A stretch of 64,000 nt of DNA from Felis catus (Eukaryota): NCBI RefSeq assembly GCF_018350175.1, contig NC_058368.1:194558001-194622000 (forward strand), written 5' to 3'. How positions within the stretch are numbered: position 1 is the stretch's first letter; each line of letters opens with the position of its first letter. The notes below the pieces were generated by a model. That model saw only the letters and a program-made list of their open reading frames with translations. It made no database searches and was not told where the DNA came from. Position numbers and translations under genes: made by a program. Positions 1-12,442 of the stretch are shown piece after piece.

Positions 1-69
1 CACTGAAAGAGCCATAAGTCCTGCCTGAGGCCAACAGTAGCAGTGAGAACAGAGCCTTGTGGAGGGTAT

Positions 70-305
70 ACTCTGTGCCAGGCTCTGTGAAAATCACTTC
101 ACACGTACTATATCTTTAATCCTCACAATGACCCTCTAAAATGAGGATTATTCTTACCAGCCCCATTACTGAGACCAAAAAACTGAGGCACAGCAAGTCT
201 AATAACTTGCCAAAAATCACATATCCAGCCAGGAGAAAGGCCAGGATTCTAACCCAGGGAGTCGAGCCCTTAAGCCTCCACTCTCAACAACCATGATATA
301 CTGCC
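70..305 (-). mobile_element. MIR SINE
   Basis: Reverse-complement MIR hallmarks: tttaatcctcacaatgaccct...aaactgaggcacag...aacttgccaaaaatcaca...ggattctaacccagg. Confidence 0.8.
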
Positions 306-364
306 AGGCAAGACAATGGCTGAAGAATGATGAATTCTGGCATCGTTAATGTAGCATTTACACA

Positions 365-585
365 CGGACTGTGCTGTCCTTCAGAGCACTTACCCGTGCA
401 CCATTCCATCCTCACAAGGCTTCTCTGTAACACTATTGTTGGATATTATTGGGCATATTGGATATTGGATATTGGGGATATTGTCATTTTTCCGTTTTGC
501 AGATGAGTAAACTGAGGTCCAGAAAGTTTAAATGATGTGGTCAAAATCACACAGCAAGTTAGTAGAGGCACCATAACTAGAACTT
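365..585 (-). mobile_element. MIR SINE with short internal GGATATT expansion
   Basis: MIR core ccgttttgcagatgagtaaactgaggtccagaaagtttaaatgatgtggtcaaaatcacacagcaagttagt. Confidence 0.7.
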
Positions 586-2611
586 CAAGGTTTAATCACA
601 ATGATGATCACCATAAAATAACAGAATTGGAAAAAAGTTCCTTGCTAAGACTCCCGTCTAACACAGCACTTCTGAAGACAGTTCACCCAGTCTCTACTTA
701 AGCCCCCCAGGGACAAGGAGCCCCATGCTTAACACAAAATCCCCTTCCACTGTTGTAAAAATTCAAATTATTTCCTTATCCTGGGGCAGTATTTGCCTCC
801 TTACAACTGACCACTGTTTTATCTGGAAAAACATAAATCTTCCTTCTCTTAGCAGCCATGTGGCCCCTCCTCCTCACGGGCTTTCCCTCCATCACTTGTA
901 GTTTGTCACCTCCCCCCCAGGATCTTCGATTGTTCCATAGACATGGGTTTTCAACCAACGTCCTTTCTTATCTCTTTTCCTAGATGTGCCCTACGACATT
1001 AACACTCCCCTTCCAAACAGAACTGAATCCCATCTCCAGGGATACCTGTTTAGAGGTAGGCACCTCCTCCCTCCTACAAGGACCTATAAGCATCCCTCTC
1101 TACTGATACAGGTTAGTCTAGCTGAGACCCCATTAACTATTTTCACAATGCATTTATATGAACTTGCTAACCCATCCCAAAACTTTTTCATTTGACCAGC
1201 TATCAAACTAGGTTGCCTTTACCATGTCTTCCCTCTGTACACATTCCCTTCATCTCCTGCAGGATATGATAACTTCAAAACCTCTTGCAGTGCAGGCAGA
1301 AATAGCACTCCAGTGCCATTTCATTTGTCTGCATTTGTTCTGCTGTACTGAGCAGTGAGCATGGGCTGAGCATCTGAGGATGCCCAAAGTAGTCCAAGGA
1401 AATAGAGGGAAAAGTGCATACTGGGCAACAGGATGGACCATCCTGTTACAAGTTAACCCCGTTCTATTAGATTCTCATCATGACATAGCTGTGGTTCAAG
1501 GGCTACTCATTGCCTTCCTTCCTGCTAGAGATGGGTCCTCTACTCTTCAGAACTGAGAGGGACCGGAAAGATGTCTCGTCTAAACTCCCTGTCTTAAAGG
1601 AAGCTGAGGCCCAGAGAAGGGAAACGACCTGTCCAGCCAGTGCTAAATGTGGGACTCGAGCCCAGACTGAGGGTTCCAAGCCCCTCTCCACTACATTTGA
1701 GTCTCAGAGATCATCTGGCCCAATACCTCATTTATCACTGAGCAAACTGAGACACAAAGAGAGAAGGTCACCCAGCCCAGGGGTGCTCAGAAAAAAGACC
1801 AAGGTTTATTAACAATGCATTCCGTTGAAAAGGAATTGTTATCTATTGCATTTCTGTGCTGAGGCTATCCAGCCCGTATCACGGATGATAACATCCACAT
1901 CATTTGACTTCTTTCAGCACCAAAGGCATTTTGCAGTGAGAGCTGGGTCTCATCTTGACTATTACTTCACTGCTATGTGTTCCCCAATAAAAACAGATAC
2001 GCTTGATTCTCTAGGTCACCCTGAAGTCCTCATCAAGTGAAGACACCAGGGAGGCGAATTTCAAATCAAGGTGGAAATGACATCCAAATGTACCCTAAGT
2101 CAGCACCTTCAGCTGCCCATCAGTGATGTTGACCTAAGAAAAATCCAAGTGGAAGTCCACAGGGAAAGCCCAAAGAGGAGCTAAACTAAACTATTCTATC
2201 ACAAAAGCTGCCGTAACGTCACTCCACTGTCAATATTCTGCAAATAATACTCAGCTGCCACTGCCCTTCGAGCAAAATTCCATTGTGCACTCTCTTCAGA
2301 CAGCACACTGCTACCAACCTTCTGTCACAGATACTCATTTTTCTGCCTGTTTTCTGCCTGGATGTGAGGGTGATCAGTATGTCCAGACAAAACTGAATCC
2401 CCTTGCTTAGCAGTTAGCTGTGGGACGCTGTTGAATAAACAAAGAAGGATGAACAGGTGTCAGTGGAGAAGGCTCAACATAGGAGAGGCTTAGGTGGTAA
2501 TCTGCCCAGCACTTAAGTTACATTTATCTTACCTAGATTGTGCATGACTAATATTTTTTTTTAAAAAGCCAAAGTTTAAAAAAAAAAGATGCTGCTTTCT
2601 TTCACATTTTT

Positions 2612-2832
2612 TAATTTTTTTAAAAAATGTTTATTTATTATTGAGAGACAGAAAGAGACAGAGAGCATGCACATGGGAGGGACAGAGAAAGGAGGAGACA
2701 CAGAATCCAAAGCAGGCTCCATGCTCCGAGCTGTCAGCACAGAGCCAGATGTGGGGCTCAAACTCATGAACCACGAGATCATGACCTGAGCCAAAGTCGG
2801 ACGCTTAACCGACTGAGCCACCCAGGTGTCCC
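2612..2832 (-). mobile_element. Can-SINE (felid SINEC-type)
   Basis: Full tRNA-derived body, (GA) region and T-tail; TSD tctttcacattttt at 2598-2611 and 2833-2846. Confidence 0.95.
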
Positions 2833-3809
2833 TCTTTCACATTTTTAAAGTTGAGAAAATATCTGTTGTTGTTCACATCAAAAAAATACATATTTCTTTA
2901 ATTTGGGGTAAGTTGATTGGGGGCTGATTGGGTTATGGGGAGAGAAGACCACCTCCACTTCCCTCATGGCCACTGTCACTTACCAACCAGTAAGGCAAGG
3001 AAAAAGACCCTGAAAATGAAGCCAGGTGGCCAGCCAGTCCTGGGATTTCCCATCAAGGTATGTACTTTGTACTTTTCCGCCAGCTTCCTGCACCACATGG
3101 AGGCACTGCAATACTCCACATACAAACAACAGGAGGGGCACATGGATTCCAAGCAGGTGAGCTTGTCTCAGCTCTGGCAGTAAAGCTTGGGTTAAGCAAA
3201 GCCACCTGCAGCTTGTAGCACCTCTGAAGAAGGCTTAAGAAGACACTCTTGGGGTTAGCAGGATCTTAATTGAAATCCAAGTTGCTATTTTTGCAACCCT
3301 AGAGAGAACCTGGGGCCTTCAGGTTTCCCAAATGGTGAGCCACCATCACTCCAAGAATCCAGCTCATTTGAACAGTTCTGAGTACAGGCCTACGGCAAGC
3401 ACACCTTCTTTAGCGCAGAAGTTACAGCACGCACCCCCCCCCCCCCATTTGCCTCTGATTTTCAATTACATTGGTATAATGTACTTAAAATCTGGCTTTT
3501 ATTTGGAAAGATAAACACAGCAGTTTGGTAATTTCATTGCTATGTCAATTTGCAAAGAAAATTCTATTTAAACTCAGTGACTGGCCCACTGCCACGATCC
3601 CAGCCAGCAGCAAGCTGTCTAAAGGGACAGGAGAGGTGCCAGCGAAGTCTCTTGGGTGGATGATGCAGCTGGCAGGAAACCTCTCCTTGTCCCCCCAACT
3701 GTCTCTTGAGATGCTCCAGAGGTTTTCTCAGTGTCTAAAGCCCAAACTTAGAAACAAAGATTGATTTTTTTTTTCTTATTCTTTCTAGCTGGTTTGCATA
3801 TAGCAAATA

Positions 3810-4035
3810 TTCATTCAATATCCATGATGCATCCAGCACTATACTAAGTATTTTTTACCTGGTAACTCATTTGATCCTCATGACCATCCTTTGAAAAGTC
3901 TGTTATTATCCTTCATCTAATTGGTGAGAAAGGGAAACTTGGGGAAATTAAGTGAGATGAACAAATTCTCATATTTTGTAGTCCCAGTGCAATCCCAAGG
4001 TTGTCTCTCCATACCTGACATGTTTAACCACTATT
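3810..4035 (-). mobile_element. MIR SINE (degraded)
   Basis: aactcatttgatcctcatgaccatcctttgaa...gttattatccttcat; reverse MIR layout. Confidence 0.6.
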
Positions 4036-4329
4036 GTAAGCTGACTTTTACTCCACTCACCTGCCCCATCTCTAACCTACCTGGAACATGGTAGATACTC
4101 ATACTCATTAAACATTTGTTAAAGAAATAATGATTGAATGGCCTTGAACGGACTCCCAATGTTGGCCATAGTTTGAACCCTATGCACAGATTAAGCCCTA
4201 ACCCAGATCACATAGCCCAGATCATAGCTTTAGACTCAGTCCCCAAGTCAGGTATTATTATACTGACCACCTGATTCTAGTCAGAGGCTAACTCTTCACC
4301 ACCTTATGCACATCGTCTGTGACTCTGCC

Positions 4330-4685
4330 TGGATGAAAACTCATCTTTTTGCAGCTCAAACAAACGCAAGCTCATTCCACCTGTGGGGCCTTTGCAAAGG
4401 CTATGCCTTCTGCCTAAGCCATGTCCCTGCCCCTCTCCACCTAAGTATCAGTTCAGCCATCATTTCCTCAGAGACGCCTTCCTGACCCTGTGGTCTGGGT
4501 CAGGCTTCTTTACTAAACACTCCTACAGAGCTATATCTCTTGTATTTCACAGTCCTCATCTCTGTCCATTATCATTCAGCCCCTCATACCAGCCCCCCCT
4601 GCCAGATCATGTGTTCACAACAGTGAATCCCCAGTGTCCAGAGAAGCACCTGACTTATGTCAGTAAACATTTGTCAGTGAATGTC
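4330..4685 (+). mobile_element. L2 LINE 3' fragment
   Basis: gggcctttgca...ccatcatttcctcagagacgccttcctgacc...cagtaaacatttgtcagtgaatg, typical of the L2 3' end. Confidence 0.65.
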
Positions 4686-5204
4686 TAGACCATGCTCTAA
4701 TCACAGCCAGAGGCCTTTAACCCCAGCCACGAACTGGAAACTCATATGGTTCAAAGTTAATGCACATGTATATTGGTATAGTTGAGTGAAAGTTCAAAAT
4801 GGTGAAATAATTCAAGGTGTAGGTCTTCTGACGGTGAACGATTTTCCTAAATCAAAGACACATTATTATTGGGTTAAAATATCTAGAACTTCAACTCATG
4901 CATCGATGAAACACAAGAGGTGATTTCACTGGTTTAGCATTCTCCCCCTCCTCTACATTTTGTTCCCATTCTCTTTACATCATGTCAAAAGGACTTTTGG
5001 TAAGTAAAGACATGATTTCTTTACTACCTGTCTGAAGGAAATTCCATTATATAGAATGTTAAAGGATGGTTAAAATTATATTGTTGACCAAAGTTCTGTT
5101 GTAGAAGATAAATATAGGTTTGCCCTGCTCTCTGAAAGTAGAGTGTTCCCATGAAAATTTTTGAAAGTCAAAATGACATAAAGCCAAGAATCAATTGCCA
5201 TTTT

Positions 5205-5388
5205 TTTAAGTGTATTTATTGTATTTTGAGAGACAGAGAGGCAGAGAGAGAGGGTGAGAAATCCCAAGCGGGCTCTGTACTGTCAGTCCAGAGCCCAACG
5301 TGGGGCTTGAACTCACAAACCATGAAATCATGACCTGAGCCAAAATTAAGAGTCAGATGCTTAACACACTGAGCCATGCAGGTGCCCC
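5205..5388 (-). mobile_element. Can-SINE (older carnivore subfamily)
   Basis: SINE body; TSD tcaatt(g/a)ccatttt at 5191-5204 and 5389-5402. Confidence 0.93.
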
Positions 5389-6164
5389 TCAATTACCATT
5401 TTGTAAAAGTGAAAATCCCCTTTGGATTTCTTTCAGTTAGTTAGTGAAAACAGCTACTAATATAGATCTTTTATAAAAGCAAAATAACATAAAGCAAATT
5501 TTCAGAGAGTGGGGGAAACCTGTATTAGGTATCATCAAGCCATTTAGTAGGGTTGGAACTAAATGCACCATACAGAAATTTTCACTGCAACCTAATCTTT
5601 TGAAATAAGATTTAATATGTAAATCATTTTGAGAGAAGATAAGCTGGGGAGGGGAATGAATGTGTGATATTTATACCTGCATTTCTGAATTAATTACTTA
5701 ATTCATCAAGTATTTACTGGCTGTCTGCTCTGTGTCTAGCACTAGGCTATGTTATTGAAACACAGTCCCTTTCTCAGCAGAGCACTTTGGTTTGGTTATG
5801 TGCACTCTGTATAAGGTAAGGAAATAAGCACCCAAAGTGATTTAGTGTCTTGCTCAAAAGTCACGTGTGTGTGGCTAACGCCAGAACTAGAAGCCTGTTT
5901 TCCCAGCAAACAGCAAACCTCCTCCAAATGACAGAAGTGACTCAGCACATTTAGGGTGCCTTGAGGAGGGTCTGCAGCTGGGGCTGGGCTCTAGGCCATA
6001 GCTTGAACCAGCAATCCATCTGGCTAAAGCCAGAGGTTCACCTTGAGAGAACAGGAATGATCTCGGACTTATAAGGAAATCAAACCAGCTGGTGTTATTT
6101 TACTTTTTATAGGCTAAAATGGGACAATAGGCTTGTCATCAGTTCAACAAAGAGAAGCAATCTG

Positions 6165-6320
6165 ATATGGTAGAAGCAGCACCAATTAGGAGTCAAGGAA
6201 TCTGAGTTCATATCCTATCTGAGCCACTGACTCTCTTGGGTTCCTACTTCCCTTCTGAGACAGTACCTCTGTGGAAAGCCACAGTGTCCCCCAGCTGTAA
6301 AACTAATGGGCTGGACTGTG
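6165..6320 (+). mobile_element. MIR SINE
   Basis: ggagtcaaggaatctgagttcatatcctatctgagccactgact...ctgtaaaactaatgggctggact. Confidence 0.55.
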
Positions 6321-6522
6321 CAGCAGTGATTCTCAACCTTGGTTGTATCCTGGAGTTACCAGGAGAGCTTTAAAACAGAAACAAAAACAAAACACTGATA
6401 GCCTGGCCCTAATTCCAGAGATTCTGATGACATTTGTAAGGGGGAAGCCCTCTAGCAGTGGGAGTTTTAAAATTCCCCCAAATAATTCTAAGGTACAGCA
6501 TCCAAGTTTGAAAAACCAATGG
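6321..6522. mobile_element. MER5A-like hAT-Charlie MITE
   Basis: Terminal cagtgattctcaaccttgg...ccaagtttgaaaaaccaatg and internal ccagagattctgat. Confidence 0.7.
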
Positions 6523-6574
6523 GCTAGGAGATCCCTGGGGCTCCTTTCAACCCCAATGCGCCATAATTTTACAA

Positions 6575-6740
6575 TGTACGATAGTAATTGTCACTTTAAT
6601 ATGCGTAAGAATCACCTGGGAAGGCTGATTTAAAAAAAAAATCTGCAGAGACTCCAGTTCTATAGGTTTGAGATGGAACCAGGAATCTGCATTTTAAACC
6701 CTGCAAGCCCTAAGATCGCACTGTGAGACATACCAATCTA
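6575..6740. mobile_element. MER5-like fragment
   Basis: agaatcacctgggaaggctgatttaaa...aggaatctgcattttaa. Confidence 0.5.
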
Positions 6741-7599
6741 AGGATTAGCTGACAGGCAGGACTCCATCTCTCATCATCATTATAGTCAGCAAACAGGCTC
6801 TCAGACCCCAAGCTCACAGCTAGGTGGTAAGGCAGAGCTGTCCAACCACCAGAATCAGGCTATCACTTGGCCCATCATGGAGCTGACAGATGGCAGAGGG
6901 AGGGCCCCTTGGTTTTCAGGAAAAATAACACGGTGCCGCAGTATGCCAGTCACTGCAGAGGCAGAGACAGGCCGAAGATTGATAGTCCACAATGCTGTTG
7001 AAACCCACCATCAACTGAGCATCTTGTGACATCAGCAACGATGCCAGTGGCCATTATCAAATCACCCAGGGTGCCCAAGATTGATTTCCAGCTGTAGAAA
7101 TGACACCTATCATCTCTAGGTGCAGAGGCAGGAAACGAGCTCCAAACCTGACTGTAATTTAGCATTCATTTGCATTTTTAAATTAGTTAGGCTGTGGACC
7201 GTTGCAAAGCAATGACAGAGAATTTTTATAATAATTAGCCTTATGGGATTGGGGGAAGGGAGGCAGGGAATGGCTCTGCCTCATGATTTCACTAGAAGGA
7301 AAACCACAATCACGGTATCACAGGTCACCAGATCTGATTATGATTTCCTGGTGCTCACTAACCTTAAGGACCATGGTCGCTTCTCCTAAATCTTGGCCAA
7401 ACATTCTGGTCTATATATCCTTTTCTGGGGTTAACTTCACCCTCCCCTCTTCTCTCTCCTAAGCAGCCCAACTAGCATTTCCTTCTGTTGGCCAAATGCC
7501 ACTACATTCCCTTTTGTTCACTTTTTTAATGGCTGGATTCAGCTTCAGTCTGTACAAATACTCAGTATGTGTCAAGAGCATGATGAGTCTGCTAAAAAT

Positions 7600-7830
7600 A
7601 ACTGGCATTGATGGAGTTCTTCATAGTTTGCAAACAACATTCCCATCCATTATCTCAAATGAGTCTCTTACCATTCTCTGGGGGGTAACCAGGGGAGCAG
7701 TTATGGCCCCATATTTTATATATAAGAAAACTGAAGCTTGTTGAGATGTAGTGACCTCCCCAACATTGCACAGCTAGTAAATGGCTTTGCCAAGATTAGA
7801 ATGGGATCTTGGAACTCCAAAATCTCTACC
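7600..7830 (-). mobile_element. MIR SINE
   Basis: cccatattttatatataagaaaactgaagc...gtgacctccccaacattgcacagctagtaaatggc. Confidence 0.7.
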
Positions 7831-7849
7831 AAGTAGCTTCAATCTTAGG

Positions 7850-8190
7850 ACGCATTAGAAGGGGTATAGGGCTCATAATAAAGAAGGGTAAAATTCTGCT
7901 GTCTGTACAGTGCTAACATTCCAACGCAGCAATATACTCCCTCATTGAGCACTGCACCTGAAGAGGAGTTTTGAGAAGGAAATTGTCAACTAGAAAAGCA
8001 AAGGAGATTTTTAAATCTTGTCATAATGGGAATGACAGAAACTAGAAATGTTGAATCTGGAGAACACGCAGAAGGCTGATAAAAGCTATCTTCATGCAAC
8101 TGAAGGAAATCCACAGGAAAAAGAAGACACACTTGTTCTGTATGACCACAAAGGAATTATAAAAAGGCAAATTTCAACTTGATATGAGCA
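7850..8190 (+). mobile_element. L3/CR1 LINE fragment
   Basis: gaaactagaaatgttgaatctggagaa...agctatcttca...ctgaagg...acttgttctgtatgacc...ggcaaatttcaact resembles the L3 3' region. Confidence 0.5.
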
Positions 8191-8199
8191 AATCTGTAA

Positions 8200-8400
8200 C
8201 GTGCAGTGCTAAAGGGCTCTGGAATCAAACTGACTAGGTTCAAAACCAGCTCTACTACTTGCAAACTGAGTGACTTGGGTCACATTTGGAATTTCTGATC
8301 CCCAGGCTACTCGCCTGTACAGAAGAAATGATGTTGGTATCACCAAAAAAACTAATGCAAGCAAAGCCGTCAACACTTAACAAATACTCAATGTATCCTA
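8200..8400 (+). mobile_element. MIR SINE
   Basis: ggctctggaatcaaactgactaggttcaaaaccagctctactacttgc. Confidence 0.6.
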
Positions 8401-8819
8401 GTTACAATCCTATCTTTGTTTTCTAGACCAAGAAAAGAGCTTTACATTCACTTAACCCAGAAGATCTAATAAGTAGATTTTGGTCCTTCATATAGTTGAA
8501 GAATAGTTCCAAAATACAGAACAGGAGGGGAAAGCAACAAGTAATTCTGTCCAGCCATAAGAGACCCTTGCAAACAGTTAGCAGGGCATTAATTCCTTTC
8601 ACTCTAGTTTCTGAGACCAAATCAGTAAATAAGTCATGTTGGTTTGACGAACACATGCCTTAAGCTGGAAAGACCCTGGCTGTACACATGACCACTTTTG
8701 TACAACACTGTATTCATCCTGGATACTGTAATAAAACAAGGAGCTTAAGACCCTCAGAATAGGAAAAATAAATGTATAAACTTTTTAAACCCTATAAACT
8801 TCTTAAATTAATAAGCAAA

Positions 8820-8958
8820 TTTTCCCCCCAATTTTTATTTAAATGCCAGTTAGTTAACAAACAGTGCCATATTGGATTCAGGAGTAGAATTCAGTGATCC
8901 ATCACTTCCATACAACACCTGGTGTGCATCACAAGTGCCCTCCTTAATCCCCATCACC
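8820..8958 (-). mobile_element. Carnivore L1, extreme 3' end (5'-truncated)
   Basis: agttagttaacaaacagtg...ttcaggagtagaattcagtgat...aagtgccctccttaat, homologous to the L1 3' end at 46011-46140. Confidence 0.8.
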
Positions 8959-9776
8959 TTAAGTGAAGATACACCCATCAGATACAAGGCTAATCTACAA
9001 AAATTAGTTCAATTTTCATTTATTAGTAACATTAGAACTTAGAAAAATAAAATTTCAAAGAGTATATCACTTAAAACACAATAAAAAATCCCACCAACTT
9101 CCTAGGAATCAATGTTATAAAAGATGTATAAACCTCTACACTAGAAACTACAAAAAATTACTGAGAAAAAAACAAAAAAAAAAGATCTAAGCAAATGGGG
9201 GAACATGCTCATGGAGCAGACATATCAGGATAATGTAAATATGTCCGTTCTCCCCAAATTGACCTACAAACTACGTAACCCCATTCAAAATCTCATAAGA
9301 ATTTTAAATACCAACTGACTGCCTAATCCTAAAATTTATATGGGAATTTAAAGCACCATGGCCAGCCAAGGAAATCTTGAAAAAGAAAAATAAGGCTACA
9401 GACATATGCTACCATATTCCAAGACCTATTATAAAGTATGTGTGAATACACACACATACACACACATATATATACCTATACCACAATTTTGTTTTTCTTT
9501 TATCTTTTGTTTTAAAGTTTCTAGTGTAGATGGTTGTGTACTTTGCTACATTTATTCCCCAAAACTGGATGGATTTTGATGCTATCATAAATGATGTACT
9601 CTTTTAATATGTACATATTTATTTCCTTGCACAGTATTTATGCAAGAAAGTAGCCAACTAATTGAGTACAATGGTGACACTGCAGGTTAGTGTGCAAAGA
9701 ATTTTTTTAATTAAAGAAAAAGTAGATCAACTGGATAGCCACAGAGGGAAAAAAATAAATCTTAATCCTTACTCAT

Positions 9777-9780
<4 letters not shown>

Positions 9781-9828
<48 letters not shown>
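9781..9828 (+). repeat. (CA)24 microsatellite
   Basis: Perfect CA run. Confidence 0.98.
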
Positions 9829-9829
<1 letters not shown>

Positions 9830-10040
9830 CTCCAGATACAGCTAAGATTTAAATGTAGAAAAAAGAAACAATAAAGCTTAAAGAAGAAAATTTATAAGAA
9901 CATCTTTATAATTTTACTGATGGCAAAGATTTCTTAAATAGGATTCATAAGGTGCTAACTATGGAGAAAAAATAATGAATTGGAATATAGTAAGTTTAGA
10001 AATCTCTGTTAATCAAGCAAAACTCTTAAATGAAAAAGCA

Positions 10041-10153
10041 GGGGCACCTGAGTGGCTCAGTCAGTTAAGCAATTTTGACTCAGGTTATGATCTCACCAGC
10101 CATGAGAATGAGCCCCACATTGGCCTCTGCACTAAGCTTGGAGCCTGCTTAAG

Positions 10154-10219
<66 letters not shown>

Positions 10220-10390
10220 TCTGCTCCTCCCCTGCTCATGCACATGCACATGCTCTCTTTCTCCCTCTCTCTTTCAAAAAAAAAAAAAGGAAAGGAAAGG
10301 AAAGGAAGGGCAGGGCAGGGCAGAGCAGAGAAGAGAAGAGAAGAGAAGAGAAGAGAAGAGAAGAGAAGAGAAGAGAAGAGAAGAGAAGAG
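10041..10390 (+). mobile_element. Can-SINE with long (CT)n and a tail expanded into (GGAAA)/(GGGCA)/(GAGAA)n pentamers
   Basis: Head ggggcacctgagtggctcagtcagttaagc; short TSD aaagca at 10035-10040 and 10391-10396; inserted in the L1M. Confidence 0.93.
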
Positions 10391-11469
10391 AAAGCAATCC
10401 ATAGAGTAAAAGATGATATTCACAGATACATATGTAACACAAGATTCATATACAGAATATAAAAGAACTTCTGCAAAAAACTAAAAATAGATGATTCAGT
10501 AGGAAAAAAGACAAAAGACTAAAACAAGCACAGCACAAAAGAGGATACCTGAATAGCCAAAAAAATTATAAAATGGTGCTCTACCTCTTAGTCATTAGGA
10601 AATACAAATTTAAACCACAATGAGATTCCACCATTACACCCATCAGAATTGCTAAGAAAAAAAAAAATCAGCATTAACAAAAATCCAAGTGTTGACAAGA
10701 ATATTTACTAGCAATCAGAATTCTCAAACACTCCTGATAAGAGTACCTATTAATATGAATACATTGGGAAATGATTAGGTAGCATGTACCCTATGACTCA
10801 ACAATGACATACTTAGGTATTGACTCAACAGAAGTGCATATATAGGTTAACCAGAAAACATGCAAAAGGGTGTTCATAGAAGCATTATTCATAATAGCTC
10901 TAAAGTGGAAACCCTAGATGCCTATCAACAATAGAATTAATAAGCTATGGTATAATATACAAAATGGAATTCAGCAATGTGACTAAGCAAACTTCAACTA
11001 TATGCAATGACATGGTTGAATTTCATGAATGTAATTTGAGCAAAAGAAGCCAGATAAAAGGAATACTTAATTTTGTACTTATATTGAACCCACAGAGAGA
11101 TAAAAGTGATTTATAATGTTAGAAATCAGGGTAAAAGAGAGCATGAAAAGGGCTTCTGGGGTATTGGTAATTGATGTTCTAGTCACAGAACATACATGCA
11201 TGCCTCATTACAGAACATAGGTGTCTAGTTATAGAACATGGCTGTCAATCATAAGGCTACGTTGACATTTTAAAAATTCATCAAGCTATACACTTAGAAT
11301 TGGGGTATTTATTCTATACACATGTAATAATTCAATAAGAAGCTCAAGACAACTAAATAATCATGAATTAGGTTCAGGGGAATAGAGGTAAATGAAACAA
11401 GAAGGGGTTGGGACCATATTGACAAGACTTCAAATGCCAGAAATAGATGTTTGGCACCTTTCTCTAGAC

Positions 11470-11665
11470 TAGGATGTGGCAAACTCCTAAGCAAAGGACC
11501 AGATGGTAAGTATTTTAAATTTTGTAGGCCATAAGCTCTTTGCCACAAGCACTCAACACTGACATTGAGTCATAAAGGCAGCCATAGATAATATGTAAAT
11601 GGATGAGTGTGGCTTTTCTGATAAAACTTTATTTACAAAAACAGAAGGTGGGTCAGATTGCCCAC
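11470..11665 (-). mobile_element. MER58A-like hAT-Charlie element
   Basis: aaaggcagccatagataatatgtaaatggatgagtgtggct...ataaaactttatttacaaaaacag matches reverse MER58A. Confidence 0.85.
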
Positions 11666-12215
11666 CCAAAAAGATTGCTCTTTTTCCTTTTGGTCTTTTG
11701 GGTGCCTCCATAGCTGCTGTCAACCTCTCAGGGATGAGTCAAGATGAAAGGTATGAACACATCTCCACTCCCCAACCCAACCCTCACGCAATACACAAAG
11801 AAGAGTCATGATCATTTGGTTGGTCGGAGTCCACAAAACTGATTGGGCTGCTTTTTCCTGGATTGGTGCTCTCCGAGAGACACAGAGGTGTCCCCACTTC
11901 CAGGGGGACCTTTGGTCAGTTACCTCCATTTCAGGATGTTCTCATTCCTCTGGCATAGTTGCCAGGACTTAGAGTTATCTAGCCTGGAATAGCTTGAGGA
12001 GATAAGGTGAGCAGGATGCCACCTTTCCATCTCTCATTTGCCTCCTCTTTGTTATCAGCAGGTGTAAGTTATTATAGTGGTGAACTGACAAGTTGTCCTT
12101 TAGACTGCCTCTGGCCTCCAAAAGGAAAAGCTTAACACCTTATCCCGCCTATCCTTACTTTCGGGTTTAAGGCCAAAGCCCACCCAATAACAGAGTTACT
12201 TCTGCATATATCTTT

Positions 12216-12238
12216 CTTTCAAAAGTTTATTTACCTAT

Positions 12239-12281
<43 letters not shown>

Positions 12282-12442
12282 GCGAGCAGGGAAGGGGTAG
12301 AGGTGAGGGGGAGAATCCCAAGCAGGCTCCATGCTGCCAGCACAGAGCCCACTGTGGGGCTTGATCCCATGAACCATGAGATCATGACCTGAGCCAAAAT
12401 CAAGGGTCAGACACTTAACCAACTGAGCTACCCAGGAGCCTC
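12216..12442 (-). mobile_element. Can-SINE
   Basis: SINE body with (GA)n/(GAGC)n; flanks tctgcatatatcttt (12201) and tctgcatgaatcttt (12441). Confidence 0.93.

Larger units (their letters stand above)
8960..11340 (+). mobile_element. Old L1M (L1MD/ME-like) ORF2 3' part and 3' UTR, interrupted by (CA)n, an inverted segment and a Can-SINE
   Basis: Decayed ORF2 text (cctaggaatcaatgttataaaagatgtataaacctctacactagaaactac; atgtccgttctccccaaattgacctac; aaaccacaatgagattccacc) and 3' end aaaattcatcaagctatacactt...ttcaataa. Confidence 0.85.

Noticed and set aside
436..484. Short GGATATT iterations, and the 41-bp direct repeat at 17766, as possible CRISPR-like arrays
   Set aside because: There are no unique spacers or cas genes, and the context is eukaryotic. 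These are slippage duplications.
1246..1360. Plus-strand acceptor (1262) and donor (near 1355), and a similar pair at 3084-3156
   Set aside because: The peptides are unrecognised and the sites are only moderate, with no independent support.
9975..10462. ORFs with (SL)n and (RREEK)n repeats
   Set aside because: They arise from (CT)n and (GAGAA)n microsatellites in a SINE.
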